DNA from: Bdellovibrionales bacterium
Lineage (GTDB): Bacteria > Bdellovibrionota > Bdellovibrionia > Bdellovibrionales > UBA1609
NCBI GenBank assembly: GCA_041690295.1
Contig: JAWLHR010000018.1
Location: 1 to 64,000 of the forward strand
Length of the DNA stretch: 64,000 bases
Direction: 5' to 3'
In this document: in pieces, positions 47,262 to 57,314 of the stretch
Position numbering within the stretch: the stretch's first letter is position 1
Layout of the letters: each line of letters starts with the position of its first letter
Program-made: the position numbers and the translations under genes
The notes under the pieces: model-generated
Database searches by the model: none
Seen by the model: the letters and a program-made list of their open reading frames with translations, nothing else
What the model was told of the DNA's origin: nothing

Positions 47262-47500
47262 GTCGAGGTTTTGGAATCACCGCCTTTGATGCCTGGGCGG
47301 ATCGCCCGTTCGCAATTACCCGTCGTCAGTTGATTGGCCTTGCGCAAGTGTTCCGAAATGATGCCGCACTCTTCGCAATGGGCCTTCATCGCGGTGAGGT
47401 CTTCCGTGCAAAGCTTGTTGAAGGTTTCCGCGAACTCATCCCATGCGGCGAGAGTCCCGATCGGACCGTTGAGACCAGATTCACCTATGTCCGGGTGCAG

Positions 47501-48259
47501 TCAAAAAAAGAATTTCGCTCCGATTCCGAAACCTTCGCGTTCTTCCGAAGATGTGGTGAGACCGGACTGCTTGAATGCCAAAGGCTCACGGAAGTATTCG
47601 CCGAAAATTCGAAGAAATCCGGATTCGATGAACAATCCCGTGGTGGCCCGGTGACCCGAAAGCTCCGCCCCCAAGTTGGATTTTTGCGCGAAATAGTGAC
47701 GGTACTCACCATTCAGACCTAAAAATCTAAACAGATAAAGCTGAATGGACGATTCCACGAACTGATTCTCCCAAACTTCGCGATCGGCGAAATGGTTTCG
47801 CTTCCGCCAACCATAGCGAACCACCCAATTGGTCGTCTGCGCCGAAGTTCCGAAAATCCGAAGGCCCGCGCCCCCGCCAAAGGACTCGCGCCGGTTGTCG
47901 GCGGCTTCGAACTCACCAAAGAAATTAAAGAGCGTGAGGTAAATATCGGCCTTATAAATTTGCGAAGTGATCTCCGATGTCCCGGTGGTTCCGGTCAATT
48001 CATCCGTGACTTTCAATTTTTCGTCTTGATAGGCCCCACTCAAAATCAATTCCATCACGGTGGCGGATCGATTCATCGCCAGCCAGTGATCCATCAACGC
48101 CACTCGTTTTTTCTGCGCCAGCCAATCCGCCAGAGTCCATTGGGATGATTCGATCTTGGCCCGTTTTTGCTTCATCATTTCCAATTGAAAATAAGGCCAG
48201 GCGGGATAAGAACCAAAAATCCCCGTCAAAAGAATCAGCCAAAGTGATCGGCGCGCCAT
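47501..48259 (-). CDS. Probable outer-membrane beta-barrel protein
   Basis: Signal peptide, amphipathic strands, C-terminal GAKFFF. Confidence 0.72.
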   Translation of the reverse strand: MARRSLWLILLTGIFGSYPAWPYFQLEMMKQKRAKIESSQWTLADWLAQKKRVALMDHWLAMNRSATVMELILSGAYQDEKLKVTDELTGTTGTSEITSQIYKADIYLTLFNFFGEFEAADNRRESFGGGAGLRIFGTSAQTTNWVVRYGWRKRNHFADREVWENQFVESSIQLYLFRFLGLNGEYRHYFAQKSNLGAELSGHRATTGLFIESGFLRIFGEYFREPLAFKQSGLTTSSEEREGFGIGAKFFF

Positions 48260-48271
48260 TTCGCCCTCCCC

Positions 48272-49195
48272 TCAGAAGGCCAATAAAAGGAAGACGGCGA
48301 TATTCGCCACGAAGGTCAAAGCGGCGATCAACGGTTTGAATTCAGCCTCCTGCTGTTTGGCGCTGGTCATCCCTGGCGAGAAAAACTCGGGGTCAATCTT
48401 GCTCTTTAACGAGTCGTGAATGGCATAAAGTTGTTGCAAGCGCTTGAGCTCTTTGGGAACTCGAACCAGCGTACCTTCCTGAATTAAATTCGAGCGGTTC
48501 AAACGATCCAGTTCAATCACGATATTCATTCCGGCCTGTTCCACGACCCGGCCTTCAGCGAAAACTTCCACTGAAGCCCCATGGGTAAAAAGCGGTTTGA
48601 TGTGATCGCTGTACACGCGCACCAAATGAACCGTGTCGCCCAAATCGACTTCCGTGGATTCGCCGATTTCGGCTTTCACCAAAAGTCTGCGCCCTTCCTG
48701 GTAAACCGGCCGCCCACGCAACGGATCGATGACCACGAATCCATGATAAGGAACCGACGCGATGAAGTTATTGGCCAGCTTCACCACCGCGGGCTTCAAT
48801 TGCTCCGCCACAGGAATCGAAGGCTGCAACATCACTTGATGTTCCCAAAGCGGACGACCGTACTCGCCCTCATAAACATGCATGTGCAAAATGCGGTCAT
48901 CCAGCCAGGTGGTCACCAGCGCGTTGGCATCAAGCAGCTTTCCCAAAATGATGGCGTCCGCCGGCGAGAGTTGCGCCCGCGCCTGGTAAACGTCCTTTTG
49001 CATCAGAAAATTTTTGCTCGCGACCAAAAACCGTTTGTCCTTGGTCATCGTTTCACGAAGCTCCCACCAGGCGTCTTCGGCCACGCTTGATAATTCCTGC
49101 GGCGCTTTAATGGGAAAAACCGAGATCCTGCGCACGAGCGTGTGATCCGTTTGGGCCCAGGCGAAACCAGAGAGCAGCACGAGTAAATGAATCAT
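48272..49195 (-). CDS. Exported hypothetical protein (CsgG/TolB-N-like N-terminus)
   Basis: Signal ending AWA, 'RISVFP', 'AIILGKLLDANAL'; hydrophobic C-terminus. Confidence 0.7.
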   Translation of the reverse strand: MIHLLVLLSGFAWAQTDHTLVRRISVFPIKAPQELSSVAEDAWWELRETMTKDKRFLVASKNFLMQKDVYQARAQLSPADAIILGKLLDANALVTTWLDDRILHMHVYEGEYGRPLWEHQVMLQPSIPVAEQLKPAVVKLANNFIASVPYHGFVVIDPLRGRPVYQEGRRLLVKAEIGESTEVDLGDTVHLVRVYSDHIKPLFTHGASVEVFAEGRVVEQAGMNIVIELDRLNRSNLIQEGTLVRVPKELKRLQQLYAIHDSLKSKIDPEFFSPGMTSAKQQEAEFKPLIAALTFVANIAVFLLLAF

Positions 49196-49213
49196 CTTTC
49201 ACAGCTTATCTGA

Positions 49214-49251
49214 AGATCTCCGCCCCATGTACAGATCTCCGCCCCATGTAC
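49214..49251. repeat. Exact 19-bp tandem duplication AGATCTCCGCCCCATGTAC
   Basis: 49214-49232 and 49233-49251 are identical. Confidence 0.95.
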
Positions 49252-49255
49252 CGAC

Positions 49256-50119
49256 TTACGGCCAGGGAAATACTTTTTTCGGAATCTCGATCCAGCTCTC
49301 ACGGCGCGGGAAACCGCGCGGGCGGGGTTCACAATGGCCCAAATAGGATAAAAGGCCCGTCAGAGCGCAAATAAACGAATCAAACGCCTGCGGAGATTCG
49401 ATGAGCGTGCGAACATCCTGGTCATAAATAAACGCGACATTTTTATCCATCATACGCTGCAGTATCACCTCGCGGCCGCCTCGCCCCGCTTCCCAGTGGC
49501 GGTGAAAGCGAAGATTCGACTTTCCGATGTGCAGGATGTTCCCTATCCGCCAAAGACTCAGCTTCGGATAAACCTCCAGCGCGGGGACCTTGAGCCTCCG
49601 GTGAATGAACCTCGCCCTCGCCGTCAAAGGCGCGAGATTCGCACCCAGTGAATGCGGTAAGTGAAACGGCTCTTCCAATTGGTTTTGCAGATACTGCTCC
49701 ACGCATCGCTCAGTGTACGGCGTAAATAACTTATGTTTTGGCTTATCCTTTTTGACCTGGCGATAGTGCTTCCACATCCAGGTGATCTCGGGCTCACGGC
49801 AAACCTCGTAGCCTGGACATTTGAGTTCGCACATCACGCATTTGGGCATTTGCAAAGGAACGTCGAAGGACACGTTGACCAGTGGCGGAGGACATTTGGT
49901 GATGAGCTTATGAATCTGCCAATCGGCGGAAATATCGTCTTCGGTTTTTATTTTATCGAAAAGCCGGCTTAGGAAAATTTTCTTCTGAAGAGGATAGTAC
50001 TCGACAACGGAAAGGCAGGTTTTGTCGGTTTTACCGCCGCCAAGAGAAAGACCGATGAATCGTTTAACTGTTAAACGACGACTTTGGCGTTGAGAACTTC
50101 GAACTTTTCCGCGCGACAT
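49256..50119 (-). CDS. DUF429-family (RNase H-like fold) protein
   Basis: FIGLSLGG, FDVPL, LEVYPK, FDSFICAL; start uncertain. Confidence 0.78.
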   Translation of the reverse strand: MSRGKVRSSQRQSRRLTVKRFIGLSLGGGKTDKTCLSVVEYYPLQKKIFLSRLFDKIKTEDDISADWQIHKLITKCPPPLVNVSFDVPLQMPKCVMCELKCPGYEVCREPEITWMWKHYRQVKKDKPKHKLFTPYTERCVEQYLQNQLEEPFHLPHSLGANLAPLTARARFIHRRLKVPALEVYPKLSLWRIGNILHIGKSNLRFHRHWEAGRGGREVILQRMMDKNVAFIYDQDVRTLIESPQAFDSFICALTGLLSYLGHCEPRPRGFPRRESWIEIPKKVFPWP

Positions 50120-51051
50120 CCAGCTTCAACCTCGGCCTTTCGATTCGGTTCGGACCAAACCAACACGCATCCACCCCCGCCCGCTCCGCATATTTTAACA
50201 GCCGAGGCACCCGAGCTCAAAGCCACCTTACGCAACCTTTCGATTTCCGGACTGGTGAATGAAGACGCCAAACGCACTCGCGCCTCGAATTCCCGTTCAA
50301 AAAGACCTGGAAAGCCTTTCAGGTCACGGGCTTTGATCGCCTGGTACATATCCGCGGCCACATCGCGGATATCTTTCAAAGCGCGCAAGGTCCCCGGGTC
50401 CCTATCCAAAGAAGCTTTGATCACCTGCCAGTTATTGAGCCCCGAGTGGTGGGGCTGTCCCGTATAAACAAGACTGAGATGCTGATTCCAGAAGTCGGCT
50501 CCGGTTTCTATGGTTTCGAGGCGGGGCCCTCGCGGCGTGTAGTGGATGGCGTTCAGTCCCGGCACGAGCGCGGGAAAGTAATCCTGCGTTCCCGTCATCT
50601 TATGTAAAACCTGGGCTTCCAGATTATGGGAAAGGATCACCGCCTGATAAACATCGAGCTCCTCTTTCAGCCAGGTGGAAAAAGCTTTGATCAAGCTGAT
50701 ACTGAGCGAGGAGCTTCCACCCAACCCGCCGCCCACGGGACTTTCCGACCAGGTTTCCAGTGAAAACCCCTGGCGCGGACGCCAGTGGGCCAAATGCCGC
50801 CGAACCAGCGCCATCTCCTCGTCCTCACACGCGATGGCCTCATCCAGATTCGCGAAGGCCTTTCTATAATTCAGATCCCGGCTATGGAAATGGACCTCTT
50901 TGTCCTCGCGAGGCTCGATCACCGCATGAGTGCGGATGGAGATCGAAAGGTTGATTGTCACACAGCTATCCACCAGCAGGTAAAGCGGCCAGCAGTCGAG
51001 CGTTCCACCCGAGAGATCGACTCGGGTGTGGGATGATTTTTCAATTTTCAC
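50071..51051 (-). CDS. GHMP-family sugar kinase (HddA-like)
   Basis: RVDLSGGTLD, PVGGGLGGSS, GTQD, KICGAGGGG. Confidence 0.9.
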   Translation of the reverse strand: MKIEKSSHTRVDLSGGTLDCWPLYLLVDSCVTINLSISIRTHAVIEPREDKEVHFHSRDLNYRKAFANLDEAIACEDEEMALVRRHLAHWRPRQGFSLETWSESPVGGGLGGSSSLSISLIKAFSTWLKEELDVYQAVILSHNLEAQVLHKMTGTQDYFPALVPGLNAIHYTPRGPRLETIETGADFWNQHLSLVYTGQPHHSGLNNWQVIKASLDRDPGTLRALKDIRDVAADMYQAIKARDLKGFPGLFEREFEARVRLASSFTSPEIERLRKVALSSGASAVKICGAGGGGCVLVWSEPNRKAEVEAGCRAEKFEVLNAKVVV

Positions 51052-52442
51052 TTAGTCTCCGAGGTGCTGGCGGTCTTATTCTCCGCTTTGGGTTTAGCGC
51101 GGACCAGATCAGAATCAATGAGTCGGTCCAACCTATCCTTCGACACACCCATCAGTTCCGAAGTGTTCAAAGCCTTGGTGAACCGAAAGGTCTGATCCTT
51201 ATTATATTTCTCTTTGCCCTTGTACTCCGCGCCCCATTGAAGAGCGAAGATCACCTTGCCATCCGCATCCTTGATTTGAACTTGCGGTTGCGCGGGCAGC
51301 TTGGCGCCGCTGGTCTTAGCCGGCAGGAATTCGCGCGCCTCCAATGAACTCAAACTTTGCATTAACGAAATCAACTTGTCCGCATCCAGCTCCTTTTCCG
51401 CGGATTCCTCTTTCAACTTCCAGCCCACGTCTTGTTTCACGAAAGTTTGTTTGAGCTTGTCCGTATTGATCTCCACACTTCTCGCGAGTTCCAGATCAAA
51501 GCGAAAAGGCGCCTTACCGTCCCTGAAGTACCGAACCGGCGCGCGAAGTGTTCCGACCAAGTTTCTGGCCATGCGATAAACCGTGGGGCGCTTATTGGTG
51601 AAGATGTATACGTCTTCATCCTTGTCCTGCCCCAACGTGATTTCCCAGTCGTCGACCTTTAAAACCAGTGAAGGTTTGCGCAAGAGCCATTGGTTTTTGT
51701 CCTCATCCTTCATTTCATCGGCCACCACTTCGCTGGCCGTGAAACTTTTTATCTTATCGACCCAGCCTTCAATTTTCTCCTGATCCAATTCGAATGACGG
51801 CTTCGGCGTGATCGCCCATTTGTCATTATCCTTGGCCACCTCGAAAGAGGCGGAGTCGCCTTCGTAATCCAGCTTCACGCTAACCTTTTTGAAATCTTCC
51901 GGCCCGCGATAGATTTTTCGCGAGCGAAGTGACTTGGGTTCACGGCTGACAAGATGGGACAGCCCCCGGTCGCCCAACAGCAAGTCGTCACCGAGCCGCA
52001 CGTAATAACTTCCATCAAAGGCGTTTTTGCTGCTGATTTCCAGCTTTTCGGTTTTCCCTTTGCCGCGGATTTCAATCGTACTCCCCGCGGGTTGCAAACC
52101 GAATTCGGCCCAATCGGTCTTCTTTGACTCGTCGTCGGCCTGAAACGTCCGGCCTTTTTGCGAAAGCAAGGTATAAAGCAATCCTTCCACCGCCGATGAA
52201 TCCGCTTGATCCTCGACCGGTTTGGTCATCTTCCAGCCATCGCCGTCACGGACAATCTGAATCTCACCTTCGCTGTTCTTCAGATTGATTTCACTCAGGT
52301 CGTCGCGCAGAAGATGAAAAATCCGGCGCTCACCTTGCGCGGTGTTTATGGAATCATCGGAATTCTTGTACTCGTAGAATGTATAAGCGGCGAGCACCGC
52401 CACCACCGCCGCCGTAATCGCCGTGTTCCGAAACGCGCTCAT
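51048..52442 (-). CDS. DUF4340 domain protein
   Basis: N-terminal anchor, 'WKMTKPVEDQADSSAVE', 'FGLQP'; follows the gldG-like gene. Confidence 0.82.
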   Translation of the reverse strand: MSAFRNTAITAAVVAVLAAYTFYEYKNSDDSINTAQGERRIFHLLRDDLSEINLKNSEGEIQIVRDGDGWKMTKPVEDQADSSAVEGLLYTLLSQKGRTFQADDESKKTDWAEFGLQPAGSTIEIRGKGKTEKLEISSKNAFDGSYYVRLGDDLLLGDRGLSHLVSREPKSLRSRKIYRGPEDFKKVSVKLDYEGDSASFEVAKDNDKWAITPKPSFELDQEKIEGWVDKIKSFTASEVVADEMKDEDKNQWLLRKPSLVLKVDDWEITLGQDKDEDVYIFTNKRPTVYRMARNLVGTLRAPVRYFRDGKAPFRFDLELARSVEINTDKLKQTFVKQDVGWKLKEESAEKELDADKLISLMQSLSSLEAREFLPAKTSGAKLPAQPQVQIKDADGKVIFALQWGAEYKGKEKYNKDQTFRFTKALNTSELMGVSKDRLDRLIDSDLVRAKPKAENKTASTSETK

Positions 52443-53977
52443 GCACCTCTCCTACGGAACCACAACACGCCGCCGGTCACCAATAGCGCCAACGGTAAAG
52501 CCATCAGCGTAATAATGATGGCCAAACGCGAGTAATGGGTCAGGACCACCATCGTGCCTTTGGGCAGTTTGGGGCGGATGCTTAAGAGATCTTTTTGATC
52601 CGTCAAACCCGCCAGGGCGTTCATCGCCAGATCGCGATTCACGCCAAGAAAAATGGCTCGGTTCGAAAAGAAGTCGCTGTCGCCGAAGATCACCGCTTTG
52701 AAACTCTTGCCATCGGACTTCAGTTTGCCCTTCACATCGACGCCCACAGTGACTGACTTGGTGTCAGGCTGTCTTGATGGCGCGCTTTTCAAATCGTTCA
52801 TGGTGAAACTGCGGGCGTCCGACTTTACGATTTCCCGAACTTCGATATCCGAAGACTTATCCGGAGCGGGAGTGACTTCACTTACGATCGGAAACACGGC
52901 GAAATGATCGTCATTGCGGAAACTTTTGGTCACATCCGAAGTGGCGTCAAAAGTCCGACCGATCACGGTCACCGGTCCCTGCCCCACGATCTGCAGCATG
53001 GAGAGCACGTAATTGTTCGCGAACTGAACGCCCATGGTTTTGGTCAGGTTGGCGAGATTATGGCGCACTCCCGGATCGAGCGCCAAGAAAAGTCGCCCGC
53101 CACGCTCAAGATACTCGCGAAGCGTCTGCAATTCATTTTCAAGATAAGGCACGGTCGGACCAATGATCGCCACCGCCGCCGCATCTTCAGGAATCTCTTT
53201 TTTATCCAAGAGATTGATGGGCTCCGTTTGAAAAGACGCGTCTCCCAGCGCCTTGCTGAACTCACGAAGTCCCGAATCGTCATCGGAGTGAATGTCTTTT
53301 TCGCCGTGCCCTTGAACGAAATAAATTTTAGTGGCGCCCTCGCGGGTGGCTTTAATCATGGCCGAGGTCCATCCCGCTTCCGTGAACGGATCGTCCACCG
53401 CGATTTTTTTGCCGCTATATTCGATGAACGAGATCACACCAGCCGTATCACGTTCGGTGTAATCTTTCAGATATTGAATGGCCAGCTGCTGATCCACATA
53501 AGCATTAATATAGCGGACTTTCACCTTACCCGAAGCATCCTGAAAAAGTGAAAGCGCTTGTTTGACCTTTTGTCGGTCGTCTTGCGCCTGGGGACCTTTA
53601 TAGAAAACTTTGATCTCAAGATCGTCTTTCAATTCTTTCAGAAGATTCACGCTCTGCTCGGAGAGCGAGTTGAGTTTTTCTTGAGTCAGATCCCAAGTTT
53701 TATTGTGTTTGTTGGCCAAATAATTGATGCAGACCAGGAAGGTCACGACCAAAAGGATCATCAACCCCATGTTCATTCCATGCTTGGTCGTCCGCATGGT
53801 GAGAAATTCCCAATAAAGTTTATAGTCGAAGATGATCGCCAGCACCACACAGCCGGCGGCCACGCCCAACAGCACGGAGTTGAGATTCAGCCACATTCCG
53901 GTCATGAACTGGACCATGAAGGTGGCGACCAAGAGCAAAAACGCGATAAGAAATGAAATTTTTGACTTCTTACTCAC
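52439..53977 (-). CDS. gldG: GldG-family ABC auxiliary protein
   Basis: WDLTQEKLNSLS, YFVQGHGE, YLERGGR, FGDSDF, C-terminal TM then WFRRR. Confidence 0.85.
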   Translation of the reverse strand: MSKKSKISFLIAFLLLVATFMVQFMTGMWLNLNSVLLGVAAGCVVLAIIFDYKLYWEFLTMRTTKHGMNMGLMILLVVTFLVCINYLANKHNKTWDLTQEKLNSLSEQSVNLLKELKDDLEIKVFYKGPQAQDDRQKVKQALSLFQDASGKVKVRYINAYVDQQLAIQYLKDYTERDTAGVISFIEYSGKKIAVDDPFTEAGWTSAMIKATREGATKIYFVQGHGEKDIHSDDDSGLREFSKALGDASFQTEPINLLDKKEIPEDAAAVAIIGPTVPYLENELQTLREYLERGGRLFLALDPGVRHNLANLTKTMGVQFANNYVLSMLQIVGQGPVTVIGRTFDATSDVTKSFRNDDHFAVFPIVSEVTPAPDKSSDIEVREIVKSDARSFTMNDLKSAPSRQPDTKSVTVGVDVKGKLKSDGKSFKAVIFGDSDFFSNRAIFLGVNRDLAMNALAGLTDQKDLLSIRPKLPKGTMVVLTHYSRLAIIITLMALPLALLVTGGVLWFRRRGA

Positions 53978-53980
53978 GAC

Positions 53981-54745
53981 CTACCTCCACCGCGAGGATT
54001 CAACAACCCGCTGAGTGAGAAATACAAAAAATCCAACCACGCTGGCCAAAAAGACCACCGACGCGACCTTGACCGCGCCCATAATGAAGTTCAAGAAGTG
54101 CTGCCCCAAGGACATGTACTCAAGAATGGACGACACCAGCGGAAGATTATCCGTTCCCGCCCCTTGCGAAATAAACCAGAGCAAAATGTTGAAGATCAGC
54201 CCCAGCACAACCGCCAACATCGTGGATTCGGTCAGCGACGACGCGAAAATGCCGACGGCCACGTAAGCGGCCGAAACCATGATGACGCCAGCATAAGCGG
54301 AAAGCAGAGGAGCCATCGGGTACTCGGCCACGAAGCGGGTGATCAGCGGATAAAGAAAGGAAATCCCCGTCAACACCGTCACCACGCCAAGGCCGGCCAG
54401 GAATTTTCCAATGGCGATTTGTGTGGCGCTGATCGGCGCGGTCAATAAAAGGTCATAGGTTCGCATGCGCTTTTCATCGGCCAAAAGCCGCATGGTCAGC
54501 GCGGGAACCACGAACACGAACAAAAGATTGATTTGTGAAATGTGAAGAAGAAAGACTTCGCGTTGAAGGTTCATCCCGCCTTCCATGCCCGGTTGCATGT
54601 AGCGGGATCGTTCCGCGAATAAAAGCAACGCGCGAAGATACGAGTACGTCCAAAGCACCGAACACAATCCGGAAATGACGTAAAACATCGGGCTGGTCAG
54701 CAAATTGCGAAAATCCTTGGAAGCAATGGTCATTATCGCTCGCAT
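53981..54745 (-). CDS. gldF: GldF-family ABC permease
   Basis: PALTMRLLADEKRMRTYDLLLTAP, GKF. Confidence 0.85.
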   Translation of the reverse strand: MRAIMTIASKDFRNLLTSPMFYVISGLCSVLWTYSYLRALLLFAERSRYMQPGMEGGMNLQREVFLLHISQINLLFVFVVPALTMRLLADEKRMRTYDLLLTAPISATQIAIGKFLAGLGVVTVLTGISFLYPLITRFVAEYPMAPLLSAYAGVIMVSAAYVAVGIFASSLTESTMLAVVLGLIFNILLWFISQGAGTDNLPLVSSILEYMSLGQHFLNFIMGAVKVASVVFLASVVGFFVFLTQRVVESSRWR

Positions 54746-54755
54746 AACCGCTCTC

Positions 54756-55688
54756 CTAATGAGTGATCATTTCTTTGGATGTTAACTTAATGAAAATGTC
54801 TTCGAGGGCGAGCGCCTGAACCTGCAGTTCGATCAGACCCGCGCCAGCGCCCACGACATGGGAGGCCACGCGCTCCACGGTGGCTTCATCACCGTCACAT
54901 TCGACTTCGATCATCCGACCCGAACTCCGCGCCTGCACCACACCTTGAATCGAAGTCAGGCTTCTGACGACTTCGTCCTGGTTACGACGCACTTTCAGCG
55001 TGATCGAGTGACCGCCGCCGGACATGCGCTTGGTGAGTCCGGTCAAGGAATCTTCAGCCACGATGCGACCGGCGTTGATGATAATAACTTTGTCACAGCT
55101 GGCCTGCACTTCCGGCAAAATATGGGTCGAGAGAATGATCGTGTGCTGACCGCGCAACTGACGGATCAGCTGTCTCATTTCCGCCACTTGTTTGGGATCC
55201 AATCCCACCGTCGGCTCATCGAGAATCAAAACCTCCGGGTCGGAAACCAAAGCCTGCGCCAGCCCGACCCGCTGTTTGTAACCTTTGGAGAGATTGCCGA
55301 TCATGCGCTTTTGCACGTCACCCAATCCGGTTTTGTCCAGCGCCGACTTCACCAAGGATTCGATCCGGTCTTTGCTGACGCCTTTGAGTTTGGCGACGAA
55401 ACGCAGGTAATCCCGCACATACATGTCATTATATACGGGAGGCGTTTCCGGCAGATACCCGATCCGACGCTTCACTTCGATAGGATCTTCGAACACGTCG
55501 AATCCGGCGACTTTCACTTCACCCGAGCTGGGCGCCATGTATCCCGTGATGATTTTCATCGTGGTGGATTTTCCAGCGCCGTTCGGTCCCAAAAAGCCGA
55601 CCACCTCACCGCGGTTCACCGAAAAATTCAAGGATCGAATGGCCGGTCTGTCCCCATAATTCTTGGAGAGATCTTTGACTTCGATCAT
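54756..55688 (-). CDS. gldA: GldA-family ABC ATP-binding protein
   Basis: GPNGAGKST, LSKGYKQRVG, ILDEPT. Confidence 0.9.
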   Translation of the reverse strand: MIEVKDLSKNYGDRPAIRSLNFSVNRGEVVGFLGPNGAGKSTTMKIITGYMAPSSGEVKVAGFDVFEDPIEVKRRIGYLPETPPVYNDMYVRDYLRFVAKLKGVSKDRIESLVKSALDKTGLGDVQKRMIGNLSKGYKQRVGLAQALVSDPEVLILDEPTVGLDPKQVAEMRQLIRQLRGQHTIILSTHILPEVQASCDKVIIINAGRIVAEDSLTGLTKRMSGGGHSITLKVRRNQDEVVRSLTSIQGVVQARSSGRMIEVECDGDEATVERVASHVVGAGAGLIELQVQALALEDIFIKLTSKEMITH

Positions 55689-55741
55689 GAATGCCCACCT
55701 TTGGTTGTAGTTTTAAAAGATGGTTTTTCTTGGCTCACGAG

Positions 55742-56998
55742 TCAAGTTGGAACCTGATAGATTAAGATCCGTTCATTTTGGTAGTGCACGCGTCCCAAGC
55801 GGTCACCCTTGATCGGGCGGACATACCGGCACTCGGTCACGATCACTCGCATTTTTTCTCCGGCATACCGGTCCAATTTAGCGCCCAACTGCAAGCGAAC
55901 AAACCACCCGATCACCTGTCTGAACACAGCGTCACTCACGCGAGTCGATTTGTTGCGAAAAAGGATCACATGACTGCCGGGCCGATCCTGAAGATGCAGC
56001 CAGTAATCCCAGGCTCGTGCTTTGCGTAAAATTTTAAGATTATCGGCCGCGTTCCGGCCCGAAACCGCGGTGAGTTCCTCATTGATCCGCAAGGTCCGGC
56101 CTTCCGCGCCACTGGACTTCAACGGTTCAAATTTAGGTCGCGGCGGAGGGATCGCCGCAGGATTCTTCAGTCGCTCCTCGAGTTGCGCGATCTCCGCGCG
56201 CAAGGTCCGATGTCGCTCCTCGGTCCCAGAGATTTTTCCTTCGACCTCACGGGCTTTGCGAAAACATTCATCAATATTCCATGCGAGCTTGCGGCGTTTA
56301 TCCACGAACGGCTCCCATTCGGCGGGAACATCGAGGCTCTGATGGGTCTTCAACCACTGCCCCACCTCACGGAAGGGAAGGTCTTTTTTGCGCAGCAACT
56401 CCTCTTCGACCTTCTTTAGCGCCTTTTGCTTTCGCTCCAATTGACGCTGAATCTCCAAAGCCGGATCATGCTTGCGTGATTTTTTGCCTTTGCCCATTCG
56501 GCTCTCGCGCCATTGCTCGCGCAGCAGATCCAAATCACGAACTTCGGACGGCGCCGCCGGGACTTCGGGCGCGGGTGGAAGCGGCTCCACTTTGTGGAGG
56601 GACACCGATTTACCCTCGGCCATGGCGATCAGATTCGTGCCATGGGGGAAAAGGCGCGCCTCGATGACTCTTTCAGGCCCGAAGTGGAAACGGACCACCC
56701 GCCCCAAGGTCGCATCGAATTCGATTCTCTCCAGCGGCCGATCAACGAAATGCGCCCGCAAAAACAAATGAAGTGGTGTTTTTCGCGCGGGAACCGTCAT
56801 CGGCAAGTCGGTCCAGGGTAAAAGCGACGGCCGCAAAGAATTAAAATCAAACCATAACCATAAAAGACCGGAGCCATGTTTATAGAATCCGAGAACGAGA
56901 TCCGAAGGTCCGGTGCGCACCTCTTGCAGGCGCGCGCCGATTAAGACCTTTATCGAGGCGAGGACGTTAGCGAATTCTTGAATGTTCCAGGCTTTCAT
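55742..56998 (-). CDS. NFACT/RqcH(FbpA)-like protein
   Basis: C-terminal NFACT-R motif 'GRNAADN...DYWLH...PGSHV'; central coiled coil. Confidence 0.82.
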   Translation of the reverse strand: MKAWNIQEFANVLASIKVLIGARLQEVRTGPSDLVLGFYKHGSGLLWLWFDFNSLRPSLLPWTDLPMTVPARKTPLHLFLRAHFVDRPLERIEFDATLGRVVRFHFGPERVIEARLFPHGTNLIAMAEGKSVSLHKVEPLPPAPEVPAAPSEVRDLDLLREQWRESRMGKGKKSRKHDPALEIQRQLERKQKALKKVEEELLRKKDLPFREVGQWLKTHQSLDVPAEWEPFVDKRRKLAWNIDECFRKAREVEGKISGTEERHRTLRAEIAQLEERLKNPAAIPPPRPKFEPLKSSGAEGRTLRINEELTAVSGRNAADNLKILRKARAWDYWLHLQDRPGSHVILFRNKSTRVSDAVFRQVIGWFVRLQLGAKLDRYAGEKMRVIVTECRYVRPIKGDRLGRVHYQNERILIYQVPT

Positions 56999-57041
56999 TT
57001 TTCCCCTCGCGGCCCGAAAAGATTATAGAAAGGACCTTAAA

Positions 57042-57314
57042 TTGTCCATATCGCCCGATGATACTTTATACCGGATCTTCGAAGAGCATCTTCATAGCGG
57101 ACTTTACGACGATCAACCGCCCGAAGTCTTCGTGAACGATGTGGTCGATTATTATCTCAAAAAACTGAATACGAGCGGGCATATTCCCTACCGGATGAGA
57201 AAAGTGCTGCAAATCGATTTGATTCAAGACGTCTTGGACATGCTTCGCACGAAGATCTACGGCCATTACGGCATCGCCGAGTATAACAGAATCCGTAAAG
57301 CGCGGAACAGTTAA
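57042..57314 (+). CDS. Small hypothetical protein
   Basis: AAGGA RBS before TTG 57042; stop overlaps the stop of the convergent gene. Confidence 0.65.
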   Translation: MSISPDDTLYRIFEEHLHSGLYDDQPPEVFVNDVVDYYLKKLNTSGHIPYRMRKVLQIDLIQDVLDMLRTKIYGHYGIAEYNRIRKARNS

